From: Pocillopora damicornis
Taxonomy: Eukaryota
Direction of reading: 5' to 3'
DNA length: 64,000 bases
Assembly: GCF_003704095.1 (NCBI RefSeq)
Contig: NW_020844892.1
Span: 186,001-250,000, forward strand
Shown: in pieces, positions 28,500-43,600 of the stretch
How positions within the stretch are numbered: the stretch's first letter is position 1
Layout of the letters: the number at the start of each line of letters is the position of its first letter
Made by a program: the position numbers and the translations under genes
The notes under the pieces: model-generated
The model's database searches: none
What the model saw: only the letters and a program-made list of their open reading frames with translations
Told to the model about the DNA's origin: nothing

Positions 28500-31400
28500 T
28501 CATTCAACTGGATCGAGCATTCCAGACTGGAGACCACTAACGATTCCCTTTAAATTAAAATAAAACATATTACTATAACAGACATCTTCGCAATTTTTGG
28601 AAACCATTTCCAAGGTTAAAGCCCGTCATTTTTCTAAAACTCTCACGTAAAACCAAGCATCAATGACAGCTGCAAAACTTTAACCATTGATAAATTAAAA
28701 AAATTAATGTGAGAACAGGAAGTGTTGCCAACTTCTAGGTAATTCGGCTGTTTGATTAGTACGCGACAGAGATCATTGAATCGACATGCCATCGGCGTTT
28801 TGGTTTTCTATATTGAGTATGATGGCCGTATTACGGAGTACAATTATAAGGGATTCTACTGTTTGGGGTTTTAAAATGTGGCTGTTGGCCGCATTAATGA
28901 GTGACCGCGTAAACAAGGGTTTTCCTGTTGATAAGAAAATGAGTGTCCGTTTAGCCGAGCTATTAAAAAGCGGCCATAATAACGAGGTGGCCGTAAGGCA
29001 GGGTTCCGCAGTACATCCTATAATTTATTATGACTACAAGTTTTCGCACGTAGTTGTTGCTTAGATAAATAAGTTTGCTTTTTCCGTGCTTTACCCTTAC
29101 CCCAGTGGTGTATTCGTCGAGAAAGCTTCCAGGTACGAGTCCAAGCTCTCCATTCACTTCAGCTTGATAAAAGCCATCAGCGCGCTTAAGGAGAATAAAG
29201 AAACGAGAAGAAAAACAAATGTTTAAGAATTATGAACAAAATTTCCCAAGGAATTCTTATCTACTTTAAATTTAGATAATTGCGGAGTTTGCTTTGGGGC
29301 TTTCGCTACGACGTTTCGGTTTACAGAAGCTTGCAAATACCTATTAATACGAGGCTGCGCTTGAAAACTTCACACTAGCTGCGCAAATCATTATTTTCTC
29401 CAGTCATGGAAAACTTCTCGAACACTTGAGAAAAAGACCACCTTTTCTCTGTAAAATGTCGAGGATTGTACAATAAAAGAAATGATAGGTATGCAACGAA
29501 CGAATTACAAACTAAAGATAACACAGAATGTGATCTGCTGTAGTCAAACGTGTGGTACATAAGTGTAAGCCCGAATTTTAAGGGGGTCATCTGTACTTTA
29601 TGGTCCTTTTTCTCCCCTTGGTAATAAAGGAAACGTCATTCCTGCTATAAACCGAGATCAATTGTGAAGGAAAACTTATTAAAACTATCAAAGAGAATCT
29701 CGCTCTGGTAACCTTACTGCGGGCCACTCCAATACTTTAACATTTATATTATTCTCCTTTAGAAAACAAAAACTTCTCTACCAGGGAAAAAAAAAGCCTT
29801 AACCTTCCAATTAAGTGTAACCTATAACTTTGTCTTTATCAAGAGAAATTGGAGTATTTGTATACAAAACCATGTTGCACGCCGCAAATTGAACAGCTGA
29901 ACTTCATGGGGCCAGGCTAAGAAAGAAAATATTCAGGTCGGTCTTACACCACTTCTCCTGATGTCGTTTCGTGGTCAGGTTTTTCCGCAACATCATAAAA
30001 TCTTCCACTATTTCCGTTGTTCGAATTTAAATTGTTAGGGCTTCTTGCTACTTACCATGTCACCAAAAACAGTAAATATTTGCCCCTTCTTCAACGGGAG
30101 TTCTGAATCTGGGTTATCTTGCGGTGATTGCACCTCTGGGTTGTAATCATAGAGGGCCACCATCATCTACACAAAAATGAGATGAAAATTTCAGCACCGA
30201 ATCCACTGCATTGCTCCTCTTGGATATTTTCCCTCTCCCTTTTTACTTTTTCTAAGTTATTCACCTACTACCATTTATTAGTGGGTGCATATTTAGGGAT
30301 TTCTGACTAGGAATTGACAGTAATTGTTGAGGGAGGCATCGTGGTCTATTAGTAAAAGAGAAGAGCGCACAAAAACTTACTTCAAACCACAAATCCCTGA
30401 AAAATTTGGATCGGAACCGAAAGTTGCTCACCAAACCAACGAAACCGAAAACTTACCATCCAAACCAAGTTTCCAAGACCCTAATCGACCTGATTTATTG
30501 GAAACGCATGGAGCTTACAGAATGAACTGAATCAGTTTCATCGAAGTATTTGTTGACGTTGAGGTCATGAATCCCTCGCGGGAATTGTTGTACGACATCC
30601 CAGAACTAAATGGCTGTGAAGGACACAAATATGTCCTCTAATCTCTATTTAGAATTGAAAAATTTCTAGAAATCTTAAAAAAAAAAAAAAAAAAAAAACC
30701 GAAACGAAGGAAAAAAAAACTGCCAATTGTAAGAGAGACCAAAACCAAAGAATACTCCGAGATATGGAAATTCTCTTGACCTACCTTTCTATTCATTAGC
30801 ACAGGATTCTTTGCTCCGACAGTTGGTGAACCGATACTTTCAACTGAACTGATGTGTCCTGATTGAGGCCTGATTGTGGGACTGGGAGGAGCTGCTTTTC
30901 GTCTCTGAAGAGAGAAAAGAGAACTGACTTGCTGAAAGAGCATGCATCTACATCACTTTAACTTTTTAGAAAATAAAACTGCGAGTCCGTGTAAAAAATT
31001 ATAGTTTTCACGAACGCATTTGATAGTTTTTAAAGATTTCAGTTAGGCAAGAGCACCATTGCAGTTTTATAGCTGGGAGCGTAATTAGCGATGAAAGAAT
31101 GATGACCTACGATTACTCCTACAGACAAAAACTGTCTCTCGTTACCGAGCTGACTGGGAAGTCAGATTGTGTGACAGCATTGCTCAAGAAAAGCTGTGAG
31201 CAACAAAGTTTACCGCCAATAAATTGAAAGAAGTGGTATTGATCTCTTTTACATGAGATGGTCACTCCTGTGAGAATCTGACTTATAAAATGCTACCCCT
31301 TTTGAGTTTTACGTTAAACACAGGACGCACAACTAATAACAGGAAAACAGATATTGTGCACAGAAAAGTAATTCACGATTCGTGACAATTACCTTAGCAG

Positions 31401-34400
31401 CGGCCAGTCGCAGAGGTGAGGCCACAGCTACTTCCTCTATAAAGTTGGATGGGATCAGCCCTTTTCTGTTTTTCAGCTGTAAAGTCAGAGACATGTCCTC
31501 GTCAACGTGCTCGAACATTTCAACAGTGTAATCTGAACTGTTGGTTACCTCCTTCAAGAACGGCCGCCAGAAAGGCCTCCTGGCTAACGAGCTCCAAAGG
31601 ATTACCATAAAATTCAACACATATTACTGATTGGTAATCGATTTAGTTGTGACTTGTATGCGGAAATGAAAAGTAAAGTAAGAAGAAACTAGCCTTAAGA
31701 TTTAAAAAAATGCCTAATATAGTAAATGTACGACAGAAAAGCATCTGACTATGCGAGACCCCGAATTACAAACACTTTCAGTACCTTTCCTACAAAATAG
31801 CCGTCCTTTCTGAAAGTGTTAAACACTTTCAAGATGTCCCCTTCTTTGAAGCTCATTTCAGCAGCAGGATTTTGATTGGGTGAACTTTTAAACGGATCGT
31901 AGTCGTAAAGAGCCACAAACTGAAAAGACAAGCAAATAACGGGGTCTGTCATCAGAACACGAATGTCCATCACGCACTTGGAACACTACACTCAACCTAA
32001 ATACATTTTGTTACAAAGTAAGTTCTCATTGGTGACAGATTCATCAACATCAAACCGAAGGAACATGGCACCTAACCATTTTAAAATCAAATATCTTTCT
32101 ACGCTTTCCAGACTAAATCGAAAGGGCATCTAGAGTAACATTACTAGAGTAGTCAATCATACCGTTCTGTATTGCTGCTCATTTTCCAAATCCTTTGAAA
32201 ACAGAAACAAAACAATTCATGATTTACAATTCAAGTTATTCGTACTTTAGTCGTATAAAATTGGTTGACTTTTTCGAGATTTCAACCCCTCTATTAGTAT
32301 ACCCAACTGAAACCAGGATACACAGGCGGCCTCATATATCTGTTGATCTCGACAAAAAGACGGAACATAAAACTATCTCTTCAAAAGAAAATCCAATGAA
32401 ATTGAAAATACACGTAGAAGGTTCAGAATGCCGCCTACGGCAAAAGACAAATGAAACTTCTTGCTGTCTGCATTCAGGGATGATTTCTCAGTTACAGGGA
32501 AAGTGAGAAAAATTAGAAATTTATTTTTGCCGCAAGAATTAAACTCACTATTATCATTAAACGGCGCCTAAGAAGACATAAAGCATGTGGCACTACATCA
32601 AGTACAGACGGACGCCACACGTGAGAAAAAGACTCGTCTTTAGTGAGGGAAAGTCAAGTTTCTGATTTCCTTCAATAGTTTTCTCTCGATTTCAAGTGGC
32701 CTGTCATTTCTAAGCGTGGGGCGAATCAAAAAAGTTCTCTATAATATACAAGGATGGTGCCTTTAATAAAGTGAATTTTGCACTAAATAGCTATCGATAA
32801 TAACAGAAAAACAAACCTCAAAGTATTCTTCACGCGAATCCTGCCAAAAAAAAAAGAGAGTTCACAGCTTAAATGCCAAAGCGTTGCTTTACAAATTAAA
32901 ACAAAAAACAAAACAAAGCAAACAAACATAAACTGATCTAATCTCCTGATTAGTTTTTGTTAAAGAGATAGTCAGTACCTAAAATATGTCCACCATATTC
33001 ATATCAGACGAGAGAGAACACGAACCAATAACTTAAAAATTTTACGCAATATTTAACTAACAATCACTGAGCTTTAAAATATCCCTCAATAAGAGCACAC
33101 AAAGGAGCTAAAGGTGTTCTTAGGCACATCTAAAGGAATCAATGTTTGACCCTACAAACAAAAAAACAAAGACCAACTGCGTTTCCTATGAAGAGGACTC
33201 GACAAATGACACTATATCGACTAGTTACGCTCATCTACTAGTTCCTTACCAACAAGCTTTCTTTGATTGTGTCGTTAAATGCTGCTGACACAGTTTCAGA
33301 AGATGTGCCATTTTCAGCCACAGTCTTAATACTGAATTTGATCGGCAGACCAAGTTCAAGACCCTCGACCAAAGCCTAGTAAGAAATATTAGGCAAAAAA
33401 GGTTACAGCAGAAGACATAATGAAAAAAAATACATCTATAGTAGTTCATTAGCAATAGTAAGAAAACTGACGGGGTAATCGAATGCTATGATCAAATTGT
33501 AAAGAGAAGACCAAGCGGAAACGTTTAGCGTAAAGACACACCGGTCCGTCATACCTTCGCCATGTAGGGGCTACGAACGTCTAGCCTCACGTCGTCATTC
33601 GCATAAATCTATCAACAGAGAAACAGACCATAATTACACAAACATTTTTTAAACCAACTTCATTGAGTAGTCAAGATAAACTACATATAAAACGAATGTA
33701 CCTACCTTATATCCCTTCACAGAGAGACCGCTGCTTCTACCAAACTCGTCCATTTCCGGTAGAGTCCATCCCACCAACATAGCATCGTGGTTCACCGGTC
33801 GTATACATCGAAAGTTGCTTGGAGCACTAGGGCGAACTAAGAGAGGTGGCAGAAAGACGAAACAACCTCATTACTAGCCAAGCATGTACTGGGAGAATTG
33901 AAGCCAAAGATTTTAAGAATTTGGACAAAACGTAATAAGGTCAGTGCAAAAACTTAAAACAAAAGACTCTAAATTTTAATTCTTGGACTCCTTGTCTTTC
34001 ATCTTCTTCGCGTGCATTACAACACAAGCTCTTCTAGCATGCACTGGAGAAGGTGTATTTTTTAAAGCTTTTTAAGCTCACTGCTCAGTATTTTTAAGTC
34101 AAAGAAGTTTACAGACGTTTACCTCAAATTAATTGAAAAAAAGATTCTTAACTAAAAATCTTAACTCTGCTTTTCCTAGATGCGGCTCGAGAGACGTTAG
34201 AGCTTCAAATGATACGTGAAGAAAACGTCTCACCGACTTCTGTTTTTCACACACTTCGGTATCTTTCTCTTAAAATAAAGAACGTTAGGCTAAAAGACAC
34301 TGGAGAGGTTAGAAAACAAAGATTCTCACGGCGTTGTAATAAAAATAGGCAGTTTGACGCTGTATGTGGCTACTGATGTAGCTCAATTTTTTTAATAGCA

Positions 34401-34581
34401 TTTAAAAGAACTAGAGGTTATAAACCGATACTAGAGGGTAGTGTTGCAGAAGATTTGTCCCACATGCAAAACAGAAAACCTGCCGCATCCCACATATTTA
34501 TGAGTACCCTGTTCCCCAAGAGAAATATGATTCAAGAATATAGTGAGTACTTGACACTCAACCAATAATTAAATGTTGACA

Positions 34582-34618
<37 letters not shown>

Positions 34619-37600
34619 TCTTTTGTAGTATCACGACAAGAACTGAAAAAATTATATCTTCGGATCTACAGGGCATAACTCGCTGATTCAATCGGTAAAA
34701 TGCTCTCTCTTCAAAGGAGAAAAATTTCCTCTAAGATTCCATGATGCACCGATCACACCCTTATAGATATTTCTGCAAGGAAAAGCTTTGTTTTTCACGC
34801 TGTTTATCATCTTCTGTAGTAATACGAAATAAGCAATAAGTAGCACCGGGAAACATCGGGTCAAATTGGGTCAATATCGGAATCCTATTGTTACCGTCAC
34901 TCACTCACTTACTCACTCACTAGCTCATCTCGACGACATATGTGGCGTCGCTTACTATTGGAGGCAGTAAATACGCCCTTTGGAACTTTACAGTGTATCG
35001 TCAAAACTTGTCACCACATTTTTTTACGTCAGTACTACTTCAGGAAAACGTCTGATTAACGCTACATTAAGACGAGAAACCATCACTCTGCAAGTGCAAC
35101 TCTACCTCTATTTGATATCACATGAATGACTCGTACCTTTTTTAGACAGTGACTTGGTTGACACGACAGGAGCAATCTGTTTGGGGGTTGCGGGTGGTGT
35201 CGATATTTTGTCTGGTTCTTGAGAGGACAGCGGAACTAATTGTTGGGAGGACTGTGTCACAGAAGTCATGACACCAAGCATATCTACGTCCGGTGATGGC
35301 TTGAATTTTGTTAATCCCACATTGGGTAGTTTGTTTGGACTGCCGGGAAGACACGTATGAGTTAATGACGATTGAAGGCCGTTGGAATTACCATAGTGAG
35401 TTAGTGACTTCATGCTTCCCATCGATGGTAGCGGTGTAGGATAGTCTGAATTCTGTGTTGAAGAAGCTGTAACAAGCAAAAAGTAAAATGACAAAATGAA
35501 CTGTTTCCAAGATGCCAAATCTCTTTGTATTACAACCAGGGTAAGTGCGAAGCCTTTGTTACGAATGACTTTTTGCTTTATTGCATTTTTTTTTTGATGA
35601 TGGCTTCGTCCTGGGCCTTGTTTTATAGGTGTCATTTTCTTTTAAATCGGACATAAGCTATTAAACAATACGTCTATATTGAGGATAAAACTTAAGATGA
35701 CCAAAGAGAAACCCTAAGCAATTACAGAACAGAGACCAGCCCTTGACTTAACTCTAGTTACGTCTTGCGATTCCGGCGGCTTGTTACACCAAAGTTGATC
35801 ACGGTGTCATTGTTATGAGGCGACATGCTACTCCTCCTCGTGGATAACCCCTGAATTTGTCATGAAACCCTGTCACTTTGGAGGTGCCCATTATAACCCT
35901 AAGTGGAGACAAGCACTCTAAGAGTGTCGAGTGTGAAGCACAATAGCCCAGCAAAGGCTCCAATCCAGGCTTCTTATGCATTTAGAACTACAGATGAGTC
36001 AAAACTGCACACTACCGATCCACTAGCTTGTTCGATGTAACTTCTTACAAACTCAATGTAGTGGCTTGTGAAACTCACCTTCTGGTTGTCCTCGTCTGGG
36101 ATAATTATTTAACATTCCTAATATTTGCTCTGGAGCTCGTCTGTTCACCTTGTAAATGATAAGAACAAAGAAGAAAAGTACTTCGTCTTAGAGATATTGG
36201 TGAAAGAACATTTTTTTCTTGTTTCGGAAACACGGAGAAGATGTCAGTCTCGTAATGGTCATTATATTCCTTTCACACTTTGAGGAAGCTTTTCTGTATA
36301 CTGGGCTAACGTGCATTCGGTGTTCTCGATGCGTTTCAAAATTGTCTTTGATTCAAATATCCAACCAATATTTATGTATAATAAAAGGATATTTCATTTC
36401 CGTATGTGGAATGAGTTTCTTAATATTCAAAGACAAAATTCGCATCCATGTGCGGCTAAGAAATATCCTCTGCTCCCTGATTAACATACTTAAATTATTT
36501 GACAAACTTACAGGTTGCCGCGATAAAGATGAAGATTCGTTTTCCACCATCTGTCCAGGAACAAACCCTGTTTGGCCTTACGAAAAGGTTAAATGAAAAT
36601 ACATCATTTTAATCTCTCCTGAATTATTGAAGGTGGACAATACACTGATTATAAAAATTACATATAAAAACACGATTTAGGGGAAAGGTGTATTTTCTAC
36701 CCATGTGCATAAAAAACCACAAAAAACAACAAAAAAAGGGGGTATGTGTAGAAAACAAGGGAGCTAAACGGAGCCAAGGTAAACGTATAGCAACGAAATG
36801 TGCAATTTGTATCTCGAAGAAACCTATCAACAAAGTTCATTATGAAGATGAATTCAGTTAGCCTGCCTTAGTTACTGTTATTTGAACAACTTTGTATTAT
36901 AACTCCTTTTTGACTGGCTTTTTGACTGGCTTTTTGACGGAACTAAATAACATATAACCAATCGTAAACTCTCACCGTTCAGAAAAACGCGGTAAAACCC
37001 ATTTGCATCCTGATCTTCCAACGCCGTCATGACATCACCCTTCTTCAGCGTCAGTTGATCGTGAGGCGGCCATCCACGGACACCAGAGCAAAAAGGATCG
37101 TAATCGTATAGGGCCACTAGGCACCGACGTTTCTCAGGTTCCGCAGAAGAGGCCCCTGAAGATGAACTACCACGGCGGCAGGAAATGACATCTGGGTACA
37201 ACTGTGGAAAAAAGAAACTATTCAATAAATAGATTGTTTCATTTTTTTTTCCGCGAGATATTTGCAAGAAAGCTTGTTTAGAAATGTACTGCGACTTCGT
37301 CAGCAATGATGTTAGCATCAGGAACTGTTTTTTTTCGCATTCCGTAAAAGAGTCACGTGTTCTCCTCCACAAGGAATTCGATTTGTACTAAGTCTGACGG
37401 TTGTTTCATTCCCGTTTTCATTCTAGAAAATAGAGGCCACCAAAGTGAAACCCTTTCCATATACGAGAACTTTATTAGTGAAACGTTTTTTCTCGTCACA
37501 AAATATATTGTCTGGTGCCATAAAAAGGAAGAGCATGAGTCAATTAACACCGCCGAGATAAATTTCTGTATAGTAAGTTTCCTATGTTCGGTAGAGCCAC

Positions 37601-40600
37601 GAGCGAATGGTTCAGAAGATTCGATCCCGTAAATAAATAGAATTTTAACACACCCGCACGAATAAAAGAATAACAACAAAAACAACCTTTTACCTGTGCC
37701 CTTTCGTTTGACAAAATTGTTCCAAAAAGTTAAAGATAAGTGGAAAAATAGAACTTGAAGTTAAGACGTTCTTTCAAAAAAAAGATCAGGTTTTTTGCAT
37801 CTTGAACAATTTATTGTCATTGAAATCCACGCCAATCTCCACTGTCTTCACCAATCGCTTATTCTGGTTAATTATCCTGTCTCTTTTGCTTCTTCTCTAC
37901 TATAGTGAACTTCTTTCGGAAGACCTCCTTGAATTTAAAGGTTATTTTCTTCTGATACTAATGAAGACTCAAAATATTTTATCGTCTTCTTTACAATCTC
38001 TATCTCACCTGAATTTCCTTGCTCCTGTTCAAAGCACCATGTTTCAGAGGCCCCGCCACCCTGTGAGAAATTGTCAACTGCTCCTCTGGCGCAATATCAG
38101 AATCATTTGCATCCTCGACTTCTTCCACATATAAACTAGGAACCAGGCCTCGTTCCCCGTTCAAGTCCGCCTCTAAATACCCATTGATGTCCATATCACC
38201 AAAAACTGTCAGGAGATCTCCCTCTTTGAGTTTGAGCTCCAAATCAGGGTGTTCAGAAGAAGGTGAGCTATGTGGGTCGTAATCAAACAACGCAATAAAG
38301 CGCCTAGCTTTTTTGCTTCCAGGTGGTGAAGGTTCGAACATCTTGAGGAGAATTAAAAATGTCTGTTACAAATAGCCAATCATTTGATTCTTCTAAAGAA
38401 AAGCTAAGTTGAATAAACCGACAAAAAGTGCAGCAAGTATAAGGCTTTCAGAATGGCGAACCACCATAGTTACATAGTTACTTTTTGCATTCATCTTTGC
38501 ATCCATTACATGCCATTTTTTTCGAAAAACGCGGCTTTCTTGTTTCTGTCGTTCAAGGGGGCCATCAACGCACCCAACAAAATGATCGACTGTCAGCACT
38601 ACAAACGTCACATAAGGAGAATACATTCCACCCTCACAACCACGCAGTTAAATCCATTACTCCTAAAAGCTTTAAATTACTTCAAAATGATTCAGAGACA
38701 GGTAGTGTTGTCGGTAGTTGTCGATAATTGTCGGTCACTACCGACAACAGTCCTTCTCAGTGCAACACTCACCCGAACGATCAGTCTACACTATCACGTT
38801 TTATCATAAGCTTTTCAACATGAAGCGAGTTTTCATCAATCAACCAGGGAAAGCGAGGTGCTGTATGCCCTTTTGAAAACAATGCGGAGATAGTTTCCCA
38901 GAATTTATTTACAGCCTTTCCTTTACTACAATCCTCGTCAAAAGGATTGGGATACCCCTCTACTTCATAATATTATCTTCCTTCTCTTATTCAATGTTTT
39001 TTCATTAATAGACACCGCTTTTTCTGAAGACTTTGGTAAATATTGTCATTATGTTGTATCAAAAAGTTGAAAGCGTGCTTTTCGGGCCCTTCCAGGTTTC
39101 CTCAAAGTTCACTTCCATTTCAAAGACCAATCAATCAGCCAATCAATCAAACGCCGAAGTTGAATGGGAGAGAGGTCTTTAATCCAGAAATGAATATGAT
39201 CACTCAGAGTAATAAACTATCTCGTGAAAGCGCGTTGGCCAAATAAAACTATTACATTGTAACTAGTAACTTTCACAGACCTTGGGAACTTGTTTAGCGA
39301 TCTGTTTCTTTTGTTCCCGATGGGTAGACGACTTCGTGAAGTTGTCGTGCGCGTAACCGAAGCTGCGGATTTTCGAGAGGTCGTCGAGAGTAGATGTTGA
39401 TATGAAATGACGTAAATCGCGAATTTCTTCATTTAGTTTCTCGACAAGATCGTCTTTTTCTTTACACGCTCTCCTAAGCAAGGAAACCTTCGCCTAGAAG
39501 TGGGAAAGAAAACAAAAATCGTTTCATTGGCAGATCATCGATTGGAAGGCAGGCACATAGATAGACGGACAAACAAAGAGGTAGAAATAGAAAATACACA
39601 TACAGGTGATCTCAACTTTTACCTTTAGAGTTGGTATTTGCATCTCAGCATCATCTTTGTGACGCGTAGATTCCGCAAGCTAGGAATAAAAAATCCACAT
39701 CATCAAAGACTTATCCAACTTGGAAAGGGTAATGATTCCATTGAATTCTTTCGTTGACCTGATTTTTACCTTGGTGGTAAAGACTGTAGACTCATGCCGC
39801 CTTAAGAAAGTTGCAAACTCACCTTAATTCGAAGAGAATGAAAACTGTCTTCCAATTTAACGTGATCCCTGTAAAAGATGCAACACATTGCGCTAAGCGA
39901 ACTCTTCAATATTCTGTCTTGTGTAACATACATGCACGTCAATCTCAGTTCCAAAACCTCAAAATGGGATGACTTGCACTCAATCGTTAAGACTTGAAAA
40001 TATAAAACTCGGTTTCCGGAATTACGCTAACGTTGACCGGCAAAGCTGATAATAGTCTTGTCTGATAATACTACACGATACCTATTAAGGTCTTGCAATT
40101 CTGCTACTTGGTTTTCTAGTAAATTTCGTTCTTGTGTCGTGAGGGCAAGTCTTGTTTGCATTTCATTTCTTTCAGCCTCCATTTTTTCTAGTTGTACTTT
40201 GAGGAAGTTTCTTTCGTGTTGACTATCGTGCATTTTTGTTTGGGCTTCTCTTACGTCATGTTCCAGTTGTGCCAGCTAAGAAAAGAAAAAAAAGAAGAGT
40301 GATAAATTGGTAATGCTCTCATTCCAACTTCAAAATTCCATGGGATGACCACATTCCGAAATGGTCTGCTAAAACTGAAAGACAATGTTTCGCTTGAGAC
40401 TCTTGTCAGTACGACAATCAAAGAAAGGCACGATCAAATAATAACGTTTGTTACTTAAAATGACTCCGAGCTTAAACATTATTACGTTTTCTGCATTTCC
40501 AACACAAAAAAAGACACCGAGTGAATGACTTCATTGCGGAAAAACATCTAACAATGTTAGTCACATGATCACAAGAACAAATGAGATATTAATTAACACT

Positions 40601-43600
40601 ATTTTTTGTAGCGAAAAACAGCTGGTGAGAGGAGGAGAGTTCATAGCTCACCCTGGTGTTTAAGGTGCTATTTGTCTTTTGTAACACGGAGCATCTGCTC
40701 TTCAACTCATCTCTTTGCATCTCCATAAGCTTGTTGTTACGTAGGAAATCGTTTCTCTCTGTTTCTACCATCCTTCCTTTTCTGAGCAGGTCATCTCGTT
40801 GATTCTCAACCGCTTTCATTTTTTCGATCAAGTTGTTTCGATCTTGTTCCAGGACGTCCATTTCTTGTAACTGAGCCTGAAAACCAGATAACAAATTACG
40901 CATGGAGTGGCTCCACGACATAAAGGCTACAAGAAAAACAAAACAGTTGATCGATGGACACTTTTAAAGAAATTTTATACATACCTGTAGTATTTGAATG
41001 CTATGTTCCAGTTTCTTAAATTCTTTCTCACTTTTTTCCAACTTCTTCACCTGCAAAGAATGTCGCAAAAAAACAAAAAGAAAAAATGAAACTAATCCAT
41101 AATCGGAAACTAAGTGAGGTCAAGTGACAAGAAACATGACTATTTAGATTATTGGAACATCCGCAAGATGAACAAGATTGTTACCTTTTCACTTAGCTCA
41201 AAGTTCTGTTTTTCCATTCCACTGTATTTGGTTTGCAACTCGGCCAGTTCTTTCTCCGCACCATGTGTACTTTTAAGCTGGTTCTTTGAAAAGGAAAGAA
41301 CAATCCAAAATTAGGCGCAAAAGTCGCTGGTGTTTCTGTTTTCTAAATCACGCGTGTTATGGCAGTTAAGAAACTGAACCTGTAAATTCATGTAAGCTGC
41401 TTCCATTCTTTGTCTCTGTCTCTCTGAATTGCTGGCTTCCGCTTTCCATTGTTCAATCTACAAGGTAAGTATCGTGAATCATAACATGCATGACGATACA
41501 CATAGAAATTGCTATGGAAATACTCAATAAAAATTCCTCTAACACTTTCCCTACTAGCAATAATAAAATAATCAGTCCTGAAGTAGAGCGAAAGTGCACG
41601 AAATTTGGAGAACACTGTTCATATAAATAAAGTCATTTTATTTAAACAAAAAAATAAATGTTCCTCACCTCGTAGTTCTTTTTATTTATTTCTCCAATCT
41701 AAAAGAATTAACGGAAAGAAAAAAGCAATTAAAAAAGATACAAGCAAAACCACGACTCTTTAAGTAGCGTTTTAAAAACAAACAGAGGATGCTAAGTTAA
41801 AAAAGTTCGAAAGATACAGCGGGAAAACAAAGATAAGCAATAAAAGTAAAAATATTAACATTCGATCTCACCTTAGTAAGAAGTTCTTTTTCTTTCTTTT
41901 GATTCTGTCGGAGAAACATTTAAAGTAGATATTATTGTCGAACGAATTTTTAAGGGAAGATCAAATGTCAAATTGACAGACAAATGGTCACCATTTTAAG
42001 ATGACAGAGCTAAACCATCTTATTAAGCATTCTACTTCATTGTTATTTACCTCTTCTTTCAAAAATACCACATCTTCATCCTAAAACAGGAGTGCAAGAG
42101 AAATAAATCGTTTCTTGAAGAAAACGCCTGGCAGTCAAGTTGATTGAATTACATGATATGTTCAGAGTAACACAAGTATACATACATAGAAACATGTCAT
42201 CACCTATTATATTATTCTGCACTACGCTTATTAAACATAATTATAAGATCGTGAGGAAGAGCATCTTGGCCAACCACGCCAGCTTCCTAAAAAAAATCGC
42301 TTATAGTAAAAGAGTTTTTGTATCTATTAGTTTAACAAACAGGGGTGTTGAAGGTTCTCTTTCTATGCAAGTCAGTTAAAAAATCTCAATTCTATTTTTG
42401 TGATATTTAACATAAATTCTTCTTTTAATTACTTTTATAACAATTTTTATAGCTTTTTATTTTTTCCTTCAGTTTTAATATTATTAACATCCCAAAAGTT
42501 AAATCTAATTCATGCTTTTAAACAAGAGAAATCAAAACCCAGGTTAAATTGCCATCCTGGATTACGCGTGTATGATCTGAACGATCATACAGAACTCCGG
42601 TTTCGGTGAAAAGTCCCTGATCTGTACCATCTTTTGACATGGAAAAGTTCGCCTTTTTGTCCTTTTCCAAAGATAGAGCAAGGGTGTGATTACCCTCTAT
42701 TCATCCAACTTACTGATAAAAATACATGATTACAAAAACGGTTACCACATACCAAGATTCTCAGTTCACGATCTTTTCGTTCAAGCTGCAAAAGTGAAAC
42801 GGAAGAAGAAAAGAATGATAATTTAAAGAAAAAATCCATTTCATGCACAAGCTGAAACATTTTGAGGTAAAATAGAGATCGTGCTGGGTTAAACAAAGGT
42901 ACTTACCAGAGACTGAGTCTCCCGTTCAGTTGCTTCGGTCTGTTTAGAAAGCAATTGTTTCCATTAGGTGACCGAATGCACAAGAAAAAGCGAGTTTACA
43001 CAACAATTTTCTTAACATGCACTAAAGATCCCATGCAATACTGAATACGGTGGTAAAGAAAGCCTGGCTGAAGTGCCAAGCTCAGCGTATATGCAAAAGT
43101 ATTAGTCTTATTAAGTTTGAAGACGGAGTTCTAAAACATGAAACGTACCTTCAAGGAACGTATAACATTTTCTTTGTTCTGAAAGTGGTAAACAGAACGG
43201 AATCGTATGTAAAATAATCCATGATAAAGGAACAAGAAAAATACCGTACGATAGTAATTAAACTAAGTGGAATTCAGTTTTGTCTGAAATCATATGGGAA
43301 AAAAAAACAGAGATTTCAAAATAAATGTATTGAAAAAAATTAGTCGACTTAAATTAGCTATCTTTGGTCAAGCTCTATAAAGCTTATCGCATACCAGTTA
43401 AACTAATTTTACTTGTTTCACATTCAAGGAGGATTCAGGTAAAAAACTCCCTAGGAGGAAATGAATTTTGAGTGGCCAGTCTCGCGCTCTGATAAACTCC
43501 AGCTCTTCGACATACCTAAAATGCCTAAAGGCTGAATACTTCTATTACAAAACCATTATCAGTTGCCGCGGTATAGCTGAGGCTAATGCTGGTCTGTTGA

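Noticed and set aside
38730-38795. Third Penelope-like repeat copy
   Set aside because: Only the flank remains and the CUGANGA/GAAA core is missing, so no ribozyme is called.
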